Notes: a model not told the origin generated them from the letters alone. Positions 1 through 7,739 are shown, numbered from the stretch's first letter. The stretch is DNA of 32,539 nucleotides from Candidatus Woesearchaeota archaeon (GCA_047603125.1 JBLKOU010000008.1:1-32539), one strand, 5' to 3'. Made by a program: numbers and translations.

Positions 1-80
1 TACAATGTGCTTTAGAAGATTTCTGGTGTAAACATAATTTCACGCAGGAATTCATGCGCTACTTATGTCGTTGACTATTA
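1..80 (-). repeat. End of a structured intergenic element, family C (truncated by the window edge)
   Basis: 65-80 atgtcgttgactatta is the reverse complement of taatagtcaacgacat, 15/16 identical to 1622-1637, and weakly similar to 30993-31032. Confidence 0.55.
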
Positions 81-102
81 TCAACAGTAATGCTAAAATT
101 AA

Positions 103-292
103 AATAACAAAAGTTCACTGCTCGAAGCTAATTGAAAAACACAAGTTTTTCAAACCCAGAAAACTAGGAAGTTTTTTAGGTATCCCCGCCCTAAAGGGAC
201 GGGGTATTACGCTTCTCACATAATCGCGAACTTTTGAATTGAGAGTTTGCGGACTGAAGTCCGAGGTATTATACCCGCGAAACTCTCAATAA
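103..292 (+). repeat. Structured intergenic repeat, family A, copy 1 (about 190 bp)
   Basis: Colinear, high-identity copy at 3902-4090; hairpins include ccccg-ccc-taaa-ggg-a-cgggg and attgagagttt...aaactctcaat. Confidence 0.9.
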
Positions 293-295
293 ATA

Positions 296-432
296 AGCAA
301 TATTACCTTGATGCCTTATTACGACATGGCGCGATTGTTTGAAAGCTTCTTTCAAACTTGAGGATGAAAATCCGAAAATATGCAGCGCCTCGTCGGCAAA
401 ATACGCGAGTCTAAATCAATCGTAATATTGCT
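296..432. repeat. Long-hairpin element E carrying a 56-bp module shared with family B
   Basis: Perfect 11-bp terminal inverted repeat agcaatattac/gtaatattgct; inner stems cgac/gtcg and ggcgc/gcgcc; 331-386 matches the reverse complement of 2512-2567 at 54/56. Confidence 0.8.
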
Positions 433-487
433 ATAAAATAAAAATTCAATTTTTTACACAGAATCCACACAACCAACAACAAATGAA

Positions 488-970
488 CTAACGATAAGGT
501 ATCGATAATTGACCAGAAGGTTTTGCAATAATTCTCCAGACATCTCTTGCCGGAGTTTGTTGTTTTGTATATGTACTGCGATAGTCATTTTTGCCCAATA
601 TATCTCTAAATGCAGATATATCACTGCCTCCTGGCAGTTCCAGTAATAATTTTCCTCTCGGCGATAAACGTTGACTGATTTGTTCTAGAGCACTCGACCA
701 TTGCGCATATGTTGCGTCATTTGTCATGGAAGGTGCGATGCTAAACGCTCCATCATAGATTGCTCGACCCGGAATTTGCTGTTTTTCTAAAAGATCTTGT
801 AAAGACACAGGCACAATATTTTGACTATGATCAAAGTGATTTTGTATACTTTGAACGGAAGGGCTATGAGGTGTTGTTAAATATAAGAATGCAGCATTTA
901 TATGAGAAGATAGCTGTGGAAATGTGTGACGCAAAACATCTGCATAATATGAATCCATTGATCGTTTCAT
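488..970 (-). CDS. Hypothetical protein, possibly a degenerate class I methyltransferase-like fold
   Basis: 160-aa ORF with TATA-like tttaaata upstream; YDGAFS...LEQISQRLSPRGKLLL resembles the C-terminal half of SAM methyltransferases, but no GxGxG motif. Confidence 0.55.
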   Translation of the reverse strand: MKRSMDSYYADVLRHTFPQLSSHINAAFLYLTTPHSPSVQSIQNHFDHSQNIVPVSLQDLLEKQQIPGRAIYDGAFSIAPSMTNDATYAQWSSALEQISQRLSPRGKLLLELPGGSDISAFRDILGKNDYRSTYTKQQTPARDVWRIIAKPSGQLSIPYR

Positions 971-1150
971 AGAAAAAGGGAATTTGTGATTATATTTAAA
1001 TATATCGAGAGAGGTTTATAGTTACTCTAGAATTTTTAAAAAGAATGTTTGAAAAGCTAAAACAGTCACTCTTATACTAGCGTTGCTAACTAAGAATATA
1101 AACAGTTCAGGAATATTTACTGCACTCAAAATTTTCTCTTTTTTGTGCAA

Positions 1151-1378
1151 TCATTTCTTGTACTTTCTTAAAAAATAATTTCTTGAAATTTCAATTTCTT
1201 CCAGAATGGCTTTTAGTAAACCTCGACTTATATCTTTGTTCGTGTGATAAGGAACAACTGTGGTTCTCCCGTCTTGATGCTTAAAGAATTTATGGCTTCC
1301 ACTTTGCCTTTTTTGTATGAACCCTTCTTTTTTTAAGAATTGACAAAGTTCTTTAGATGAAACTATTGGGAGCTTCAT
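1151..1378 (-). CDS. hicA: HicA-family toxin (mRNA interferase)
   Basis: 75 aa, basic; LKKEGF...RQSGSH...F.H.DGRTTVVPYH...DI..GLL..I motif. Confidence 0.9.
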   Translation of the reverse strand: MKLPIVSSKELCQFLKKEGFIQKRQSGSHKFFKHQDGRTTVVPYHTNKDISRGLLKAILEEIEISRNYFLRKYKK

Positions 1379-1581
1379 TAAGCGACCTCAATGTGTCGCA
1401 CCTCCACAAATTCTGATGAAATTTTCATATCATTTGAGTGTAAATAGAGTTTGATGGCATCTTTGATATTTTTCATAAGTTCAGTTTTCGTTTCACCTTG
1501 CGAAACACAACCTTTTAATTGCAAAACTCTTCCAATATACATTCCATCTTCATCTTTTTCGATGATAACGCTTAATTTCAT
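1378..1581 (-). CDS. hicB: HicB-family antitoxin (short, no DNA-binding domain)
   Basis: VIIEKDEDG.Y...LKGCVSQGET..E...NIKDAIKLYL; stop overlaps the hicA start; start placed at MKLS (1581), about 22 nt after a TATA-like box. Confidence 0.88.
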   Translation of the reverse strand: MKLSVIIEKDEDGMYIGRVLQLKGCVSQGETKTELMKNIKDAIKLYLHSNDMKISSEFVEVRHIEVA

Positions 1582-1621
1582 AGAATTTGGGTGTGGACTT
1601 TTCTTTAAAAATGTGCTCATG

Positions 1622-1761
1622 TAATAGTCGACGACATTAATTTCGCATAACCCGGCGATTTCACGACAGTTGTCAAGTTTGCAAAATCAGAGCTGCATGA
1701 ATCGCTCTGATTTTTGATTTTACGCCAAGGAGTTATGCTTTTCTTTTGCCGCTAACTATAA
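1622..1761 (+). repeat. Structured intergenic element, family C (MITE-like, imperfect TIRs)
   Basis: Ends taatagtcgacgaca / tgccgctaactata; stems gcataac/gttatgc, ggcg/cgcc and aaaatcagagc/gctctgatttt; homologous to 31111-31229. Confidence 0.7.
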
Positions 1762-1770
1762 TCAAAGTAC

Positions 1771-2026
1771 GAAGGGATATTCATATAATTTAGGGAAGAA
1801 AATCTGAAAATTTTTCGGATGGTGTCTGGGAAACGATTATCACATCTCCAAGATTTAAAGAATTTCAAATATTCTGCTTAGAATACTAAGATTCCCAGTG
1901 TTTTAATTGTCGGTAATTCATCCTATTTCCAAAATCCAAGCCCTCGAGTTTAGAAGCATCTATAATTAGAATTTACCGTTCGGTGCTAATTAAGAAAAGA
2001 TGCGAGATTTACATAAATAACCCTTC
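1771..2026. repeat. TIR-bounded structured element D (single copy in the window)
   Basis: Imperfect 20-bp terminal inverted repeat (1771-1790 vs 2007-2026, 16/20); internal stems ctgggaa/ttcccag, atctgaaaa/ttttcggat and cggtaattc/gaatttaccg. Confidence 0.5.
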
Positions 2027-2028
2027 AC

Positions 2029-2322
2029 TCATTCATCGACAGTAAATAAAATGCTATCACCCTGGACATCAAAAATTTTTAGCCGGGCACCGCAATCCAA
2101 CCAACCATGCGCATAATTTAACGCTGCAAATGCGTTTACATAATCATTTTTTTCAAAAAAATGCTCGGCATCTGCAACATAGCGCGAGGCCATATCAAAA
2201 ACATCATGTACTATAGGGTCAGTATCAATTTTTTGTGTATTGAGTGATTGAACCTTTTCAAGTGCTCGTCTCGTTACATCGAAGTACTTTTGCACTTTCT
2301 CTAAAGTTATCGTATCTTGCAT
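2029..2322 (-). CDS. DUF357 domain protein
   Basis: Y..DA.HF.EK.DYVNAFAALNYAHGWLD.G signature of this archaeal family. Confidence 0.9.
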   Translation of the reverse strand: MQDTITLEKVQKYFDVTRRALEKVQSLNTQKIDTDPIVHDVFDMASRYVADAEHFFEKNDYVNAFAALNYAHGWLDCGARLKIFDVQGDSILFTVDE

Positions 2323-2360
2323 GTGAAGCAGAATACGCCCGGTATTTTTAAAGGTAATTA

Positions 2361-2627
2361 ATCACCAAAATTTCCGATTTAGCTGCAAGGTACTCTTTTT
2401 TCTTATTTTTAAAATGCAGTCTACCCCTCGGCTTCATCCAATAATTGGTTTCAAAAAAGAGCACACAGATTTTGCTCAAGAGTCCCGCTTTGAGAATCGT
2501 GCGAAAATTCAGCTGCATCTTTTCGGATTTTCATCCTCAAGTTTGAAAGAGGCTTTCAAACAATCGCCGAATTTTCTGATCTAGCTGCAAGGTGCTCTTT
2601 TTTCTTATTTTTTAAATGCAGCTACCC
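2361..2627 (+). repeat. Structured intergenic repeat, family B (about 1.3 tandem units with an inserted module)
   Basis: 2361-2426 repeats at 2562-2627; 2417-2627 matches the reverse complement of 17298-17470 apart from an insert at about 2516-2561. Confidence 0.88.
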
Positions 2628-2635
2628 TCATTAAC

Positions 2636-2643
2636 TTTATAAA
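2636..2643 (+). promoter_or_regulatory. Archaeal TATA box (probable leaderless transcript of aIF2-gamma)
   Basis: tttataaa 24 nt before ATG 2668. Confidence 0.55.
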
Positions 2644-2667
2644 CAACCGCCCTTTTTCCTTCAAGTG

Positions 2668-3888
2668 ATGAGTAAAAAAGAACAAGAAATGCAACCACAG
2701 ATAAATATCGGCCTTGTCGGGCATGTTGATCACGGAAAAACAACACTCACAAAGGCATTGAGTGGAAAATGGACGGACACCCACTCTGAAGAACTTAAAC
2801 GAGGAATTACTATTCGACTTGGATACGCAGACTCTACATTCTACCACAACGCAAAAACAAATGAATACAGCCCGGTACCCAAAAAAGATTTTGAACCGAA
2901 GCGAAAAGTCAGTTTTATTGACGCACCAGGACACGAGAGTCTTATGGCAACTATGCTTGCAGGATCCATGATTATGGATGGAGCACTCTTGCTTGTCTCA
3001 GCAAACGAACAATGTCCACAGCCCCAAACACGAGAACATCTGAGTGCACTGGAAATGTGCGGAATTACCAATGTCATCGTTGTGCAAAACAAAATTGATC
3101 TTGTCAGTCAGGAACAAGCACAGGAAAATTATAAACAAATTAAAGAATTTTTGAGTGATTCGACATATAAAGATGCACCAATTATACCAATTTCAGCAGA
3201 ACATGGCATAAATATTTCATTTCTTATTCAAGCAATTGAGCAATATATTCCAACACCAAAGCGAGAAAATGAACAACAACCACTCATGCTTGTTGCACGA
3301 AGCTTTGATGTAAATAAACCCGGATCCGACCCTTCACAAATGCAAGGTGGAATTCTGGGAGGAAGTTTGCTCAAAGGTAAATTGCAGGTTGGCGATACGA
3401 TTGAAATTCGTCCAGGGCGACTCATTGAGAAAAAAAATCAATTTGATGCAAAGCCATATGTTACAAAAATCACAAACATAATGGCAGGAATACAACAAAT
3501 CGAATCTGCAACGCCTGGCGGTTCTATTGCGCTTCTTACCGAACTTGATCCTGCTGTTGTGAAAGGAGATAAACTTGCAGGAAATGTCGTGGGAATTCAA
3601 GGAGAGCTTCCACCTGTCTGGAGTACAATCAAATTAAAAGCACATCTACTCAAACGAGTGGTTGGAGCAAGTGATGCGGCCGTTGTTGAGCCACTACGAA
3701 AGGGAGAGCCACTCATGCTTAATGTCAATGCAGCAACGACTGTTGGCTTTATTACAGAATTATCTAAAAAAGAAACAGTATTAAGTCTTCGATTGCCTGT
3801 TTGTGCTGCTGTTGGTGATCGAGTCACACTTTCTCGACGAATAGCAAACAGATTTCGACTAATCGGGTACGGTATTATTACTCAATGA
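2668..3888 (+). CDS. eif2g: Translation initiation factor 2 subunit gamma (aIF2-gamma)
   Basis: QPQINIGLVGHVDHGKTT, HSEELKRGITIRLGY, DAPGHE, QNKID, C-terminal RFRLIGYG; start could be 2665, 2668 or 2689. Confidence 0.97.
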   Translation: MSKKEQEMQPQINIGLVGHVDHGKTTLTKALSGKWTDTHSEELKRGITIRLGYADSTFYHNAKTNEYSPVPKKDFEPKRKVSFIDAPGHESLMATMLAGSMIMDGALLLVSANEQCPQPQTREHLSALEMCGITNVIVVQNKIDLVSQEQAQENYKQIKEFLSDSTYKDAPIIPISAEHGINISFLIQAIEQYIPTPKRENEQQPLMLVARSFDVNKPGSDPSQMQGGILGGSLLKGKLQVGDTIEIRPGRLIEKKNQFDAKPYVTKITNIMAGIQQIESATPGGSIALLTELDPAVVKGDKLAGNVVGIQGELPPVWSTIKLKAHLLKRVVGASDAAVVEPLRKGEPLMLNVNAATTVGFITELSKKETVLSLRLPVCAAVGDRVTLSRRIANRFRLIGYGIITQ

Positions 3889-3901
3889 TTGGAATCTGAA
3901 G

Positions 3902-4090
3902 AATAACAAAAGTTCGCTGCTCGAAGCTAATTGAAAAACGCAAGTTTTTCAAACCCAGAAAACTAGAAAGTTTTCTAGGTATCCCTGCCCTAAAGGAGCG
4001 GGTATTATGCTTCTCGTGTAATCGCGAACTTTTGAATTGAGAGTTTGCGGACTAAAGTCTAGAATATTATATCTGCGAAACTCTCAATAA
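3902..4090 (+). repeat. Structured intergenic repeat, family A, copy 2
   Basis: Colinear with 103-292; perfect 11-bp stem caaaagttcgc/gcgaacttttg enclosing three hairpins, one with a GCAA loop. Confidence 0.9.
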
Positions 4091-4120
4091 TCAATAATTC
4101 TCGTCGAATCCAGCGCAACA

Positions 4121-4128
4121 TTTATAAA
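4121..4128 (+). promoter_or_regulatory. Archaeal TATA box
   Basis: tttataaa 23 nt before ATG 4152. Confidence 0.55.
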
Positions 4129-4151
4129 GTAAATTATATGAAAATACACCT

Positions 4152-4703
4152 ATGAGCTCTGCTTTCGAAAATGCGTTGGATTTTATGGGAGACTTAGGTG
4201 TGTATACTGTTGTCCTTCCTTTTATATTGACATTTGTTATAATCTTTGCAATTTTAGAAAAAACATTAGTATTGGGCAAAGAAAAAGACGGGCTTTCAAA
4301 GAAAAATCTCAATAGCCTTGTTGCATTTTGTATTGCGTTTTTTGTAGTCGCATCCCAGCAACTCGTTTCCATTATCAACCAAGCTCTTGGGCAAATTGTC
4401 ATTGTAGCGCTGGTGCTCATTTTTTACTTGGCACTTGTTGGAATTTTCTTCAAAAATGGAGAGGATGTCTTTTTGGAAAATACTTGGAGAAAGTGGTTTA
4501 TGGTTGCTACACTTGGAGCAATTATTCTTATTTTTGCAAATGCAATTCCCGCAGGAAATAATCGATCGTGGCTTGAATGGGCATGGTATCAGATTACTCA
4601 TAATTTTGACGCAGGTGCAATTTCAGCAATTATACTTGTAGCAATTATTATTGGCGTTATGTATTTTGTCGTCAATGAAAAAAAAGATACGGATAAGAAA
4701 TAG
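4152..4703 (+). CDS. Multi-pass membrane protein, paralog 1 of 3
   Basis: About 5 hydrophobic helices; LPFILTFVIIFAILEKT...KKNLNSLVAF N-terminal pattern shared with its neighbours. Confidence 0.85.
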   Translation: MSSAFENALDFMGDLGVYTVVLPFILTFVIIFAILEKTLVLGKEKDGLSKKNLNSLVAFCIAFFVVASQQLVSIINQALGQIVIVALVLIFYLALVGIFFKNGEDVFLENTWRKWFMVATLGAIILIFANAIPAGNNRSWLEWAWYQITHNFDAGAISAIILVAIIIGVMYFVVNEKKDTDKK

Positions 4704-4712
4704 GTGTAAACT

Positions 4713-5306
4713 ATGACAGGAATTTTAGAGAGAGGATTAATAACCTTACAAAACCAATTCAATCTAATCGAGATTGTTATACCATTTATCTTGGTATTTG
4801 TTGTCATTTTTGCGGTTTTAACAAAAGCAAAGATTTTTGATAACAAGAAAGTAAATGTGATGATAGCCTTCGTAATGGGACTTGTTGTAATATTTCAGCA
4901 TTATTATTTTCGAGGACCTGGAAGAAGTGTTGTTGAAATAATGAATGATGCGCTGCCTCAAGTCACCATCGTCGTTATTGCCATTGTTATGGTTCTGATT
5001 ATATTAGGAATCTTTGGAAACCAATTCACACTCGGAAATAACCCGATTTCAGGATGGATTATGTTTCTTGCAATCGCAATTGTCGTATACATTTTCGGAT
5101 CTTCAGCAGGAATCGGACTCTGGAATCTTCCATACTGGCTGCGAAACACAGATGAAATCATAGGCATTGTTGTTGCCGTACTTGTGTTTGCACTTGTAAT
5201 CGGATGGGTAACGAAAGAAGATGATGGTAATAATAATAACAAAAGAACAGTGGGAGAATTTTTCTCAGATTTAATCAAATCGGGAGATAGTGGAAAAAAC
5301 AAATAA
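4713..5306 (+). CDS. Multi-pass membrane protein, paralog 2 of 3
   Basis: IPFILVFVVIFAVLTKAK...KKVNVMIAF; aggtg SD-like sequence upstream. Confidence 0.85.
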   Translation: MTGILERGLITLQNQFNLIEIVIPFILVFVVIFAVLTKAKIFDNKKVNVMIAFVMGLVVIFQHYYFRGPGRSVVEIMNDALPQVTIVVIAIVMVLIILGIFGNQFTLGNNPISGWIMFLAIAIVVYIFGSSAGIGLWNLPYWLRNTDEIIGIVVAVLVFALVIGWVTKEDDGNNNNKRTVGEFFSDLIKSGDSGKNK

Positions 5307-5313
5307 CTAAACC

Positions 5314-5916
5314 ATGACAAGCTTTTTAGACATTGGAATATTGAGTCGATCGCAAACGGTTTTTGCGTTTATTCTAGTCTGGTGTATTGTCTATGGAATC
5401 CTCTCATTTACAAATATTTTTGAATTAGATAAGGGTGTAAAAGCCCTTATCGCAGTTATTATGGCGCTCATTACTCTCATCGCGCCACCTGTTTTACAAA
5501 TCATCAGCTTTATCGTCCCATGGTTTACGCTGATGTTTCTTTTTATTTTCCTTGTTATGCTTGCGCTTATGATGCTTGGAGCAAAAGAAAGTGATTTTGC
5601 AAGCATGATTAAGCCAAAAGACGGAGAAACATCCGTAATTAAAAGCTGGATTATTATTATTAGCGCCATTATTTTTGTCGCAGCTATAGGATTCGTCTTT
5701 TTTCAACCACAAGTTGATGTCGACGGAAATGCCATCCCTTCACAAGACGCCACAGTCACCCCGATAATCGATCCTCAAACAGGCGTCGTTATTGGTGATG
5801 TTGGTGATCAGGGAGCAAGCGCACTTTTTGCAACACTCTTTCATCCAAAGGTTCTTGGAATGCTCTTTATTCTCATACTTGGACTCTTTGCTGTATTATT
5901 ACTTACAAAAAAATGA
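5314..5916 (+). CDS. Multi-pass membrane protein, paralog 3 of 3
   Basis: FAFILVWCIVYGILS...KGVKALIAV; same helix spacing; 7-nt gap to the previous gene. Confidence 0.85.
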   Translation: MTSFLDIGILSRSQTVFAFILVWCIVYGILSFTNIFELDKGVKALIAVIMALITLIAPPVLQIISFIVPWFTLMFLFIFLVMLALMMLGAKESDFASMIKPKDGETSVIKSWIIIISAIIFVAAIGFVFFQPQVDVDGNAIPSQDATVTPIIDPQTGVVIGDVGDQGASALFATLFHPKVLGMLFILILGLFAVLLLTKK

Positions 5917-6398
5917 TTCTTGCAATTACCGGAACACCGGGTTGTGGAAAAACAACACAAGCCAAAAAAATTGCAACTATTCTTGGTATCCCATATATCA
6001 ATCTCACTGATTATTGTGTTGAGCACAAGCTCACAGATGGGTTTGATTCTAAGCGCGATTGCCACGTATTGTCTATCTCTAAAATCGAAAAACACTTACA
6101 AAAACACCTTGATTTCCCCGCAATTATCGATTCTCACCTCAGTCATGACTTTTCACCAGAATGGATTGATGCCTGCATCGTTTGTCAATGTGAGCTAGCG
6201 ACTCTAAAAAAACGCTTAAAAAAACGAGCATATTCACCCGAAAAAATTAGAGAAAACCTCGATGCGCATATTTTTGATACCTGCCATGTAGAAGCTTTAG
6301 AGAACGGACATCGCGTTTGCACTTTAGACTGCACAAACCCACTGACAAAAGATAAGCTACACCAGTTTCTCAAGGAAAATCAGCTGATTTCTCATTAA
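5913..6398 (+). CDS. Adenylate kinase of AK6/Fap7 type (P-loop kinase)
   Basis: ITGTPGCGKTT Walker A, IIDSH motif, L.KRL..R.Y...KI.EN lid; ATGA overlap with the upstream gene. Confidence 0.88.
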   Translation: MILAITGTPGCGKTTQAKKIATILGIPYINLTDYCVEHKLTDGFDSKRDCHVLSISKIEKHLQKHLDFPAIIDSHLSHDFSPEWIDACIVCQCELATLKKRLKKRAYSPEKIRENLDAHIFDTCHVEALENGHRVCTLDCTNPLTKDKLHQFLKENQLISH

Positions 6399-6510
6399 AG
6401 CTTTATTCTACAATTTTTAAAAAAAGAAAACGCTACCCTTTGTCTTTATCATTAGGATGTAGTCTTCACTTAAGTAAATAATTTAAAGGACAAGGCATTT
6501 ACGTATAAAA

Positions 6511-7374
6511 ATGAACTGGAAACGCTTTTTTGTCAAACAAAAAAAAATAGAGAAAAGCCGTGTGCGTGTAGAAAAACTCATTCATTGGCTCGAATTGCAA
6601 TTCAAACCCATCATATCACCCTTAAATGAACAAATCACTCAATTTGAGAAAAAAAAAGAGCAAGCGATAACAGAGGCAAAACAACTTGCTCAAGAAATTG
6701 AGCAAACAATCGAAAAAAAGAAAATAAAACACACGACGATTTTTAATCACGCACAAGTCTATATTCGTGCACTCGGACAATTTTCTCAAACACAGGATAT
6801 AACCCATCTCACAAAAGCAAAATCGCAAGTCGGACACACACTCGAGCAGACGATGAGGGGACAATATACCAAAGCCAATTCGATTATTGACACATTTACA
6901 AAAAGCACACAACAAATTGAACAAATAAAAGAGTTACCCGAATACATTGCCCAAAAGCACTGCATTCAAGCAGCCAATAATTATCTCGAACAGCTCAAAC
7001 AAATTGAACAACTCAATAAAGCACTTAAGGATTTACAAGAACAAAAACAAGCCATTCTTGTCAAAAAACAAAAATATGAACATCGCGTCAATACGCTTTC
7101 TTCCGATCCGAGGAGAAAAATGGAACTTGATAATCGCTTTCAGTCTAAGTTTCGTCATTCTTTTTATGAACTTGAACTCATGGACTTTCAATCAAAGATT
7201 GAACAATGTCAAACACAAATAAAAACACTCGAAAAAAAACGCGTGTACATAGATTCACACAAAGAAAAAATTCATCCACAAACACAATTGCAAATAATCA
7301 ATAAAGAATTAGCAAAACAGTTTTCCATGGAGGTGGAAATCGTTGGTAACCTTGAGCGAATTGCAAAAGTTTAG
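6511..7374 (+). CDS. Hypothetical coiled-coil protein
   Basis: 287-aa Q/K/E-rich helical ORF; TATA-like box about 21 nt upstream. Confidence 0.75.
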   Translation: MNWKRFFVKQKKIEKSRVRVEKLIHWLELQFKPIISPLNEQITQFEKKKEQAITEAKQLAQEIEQTIEKKKIKHTTIFNHAQVYIRALGQFSQTQDITHLTKAKSQVGHTLEQTMRGQYTKANSIIDTFTKSTQQIEQIKELPEYIAQKHCIQAANNYLEQLKQIEQLNKALKDLQEQKQAILVKKQKYEHRVNTLSSDPRRKMELDNRFQSKFRHSFYELELMDFQSKIEQCQTQIKTLEKKRVYIDSHKEKIHPQTQLQIINKELAKQFSMEVEIVGNLERIAKV

Positions 7375-7738
7375 TTCTACTTCTTTTGAAAAAAGAGCCA
7401 AAATTGGACAAAATGAATTTCTCACAACACATTCGTATGAGAATATGGTCTATTCTGGACAACCACTCATTATTCACAAACATATTAGTCCTGCAATTTT
7501 AGGTTTGCTTGACTCCTGCCCTTCAATTCGTATCACAAAAAAAGCAGAATGGCTGTTTTTATGTGGACGAGATATCTTTGTTGAAAATGTTCTTACCTCG
7601 CCCATTCCAAAAGGATTTGTACTTGTAAGAGATGATAATGAGAATATTTTAGGACTTGCAAAACAAGAAAAAGACATTATGAAAAATATCCTTGATAAAG
7701 GACATTATATCCGAAGAGAACTAAAAAAGAGAAAATAG
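7343..7738 (+). CDS. NIP7-like / PUA-domain ribosome biogenesis protein
   Basis: KAEWLFLCGRDIF..NV, VLV...NENILGLA, KNILDKGHYIRRE; strong SD ggaggtgg before a TTG start. Confidence 0.75.
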   Translation: MVTLSELQKFSSTSFEKRAKIGQNEFLTTHSYENMVYSGQPLIIHKHISPAILGLLDSCPSIRITKKAEWLFLCGRDIFVENVLTSPIPKGFVLVRDDNENILGLAKQEKDIMKNILDKGHYIRRELKKRK

Positions 7739-7739
7739 T

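Noticed and set aside
760..972. 70-aa plus-strand ORF
   Set aside because: Antisense to the longer 488-970 ORF, which has the promoter-like signal
1016..1094. Possible small element with tagtta/taacta ends
   Set aside because: Only a 6-bp inverted match in AT-rich DNA; insufficient
2361..2627. Direct repeats as a possible CRISPR array
   Set aside because: Only two 66-bp copies 201 bp apart, the intervening DNA is itself repeated elsewhere, and there are no cas genes
2605..3827. Short ORFs overlapping aIF2-gamma, and similar shadows over pgk, leuS, the serpins and ltrA
   Set aside because: Alternative-frame or antisense to well-supported genes, with no motifs
3907..4034. Cloverleaf-like fold as a possible tRNA
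   Set aside because: Too long, no T-loop or D-loop consensus, AT-rich stems
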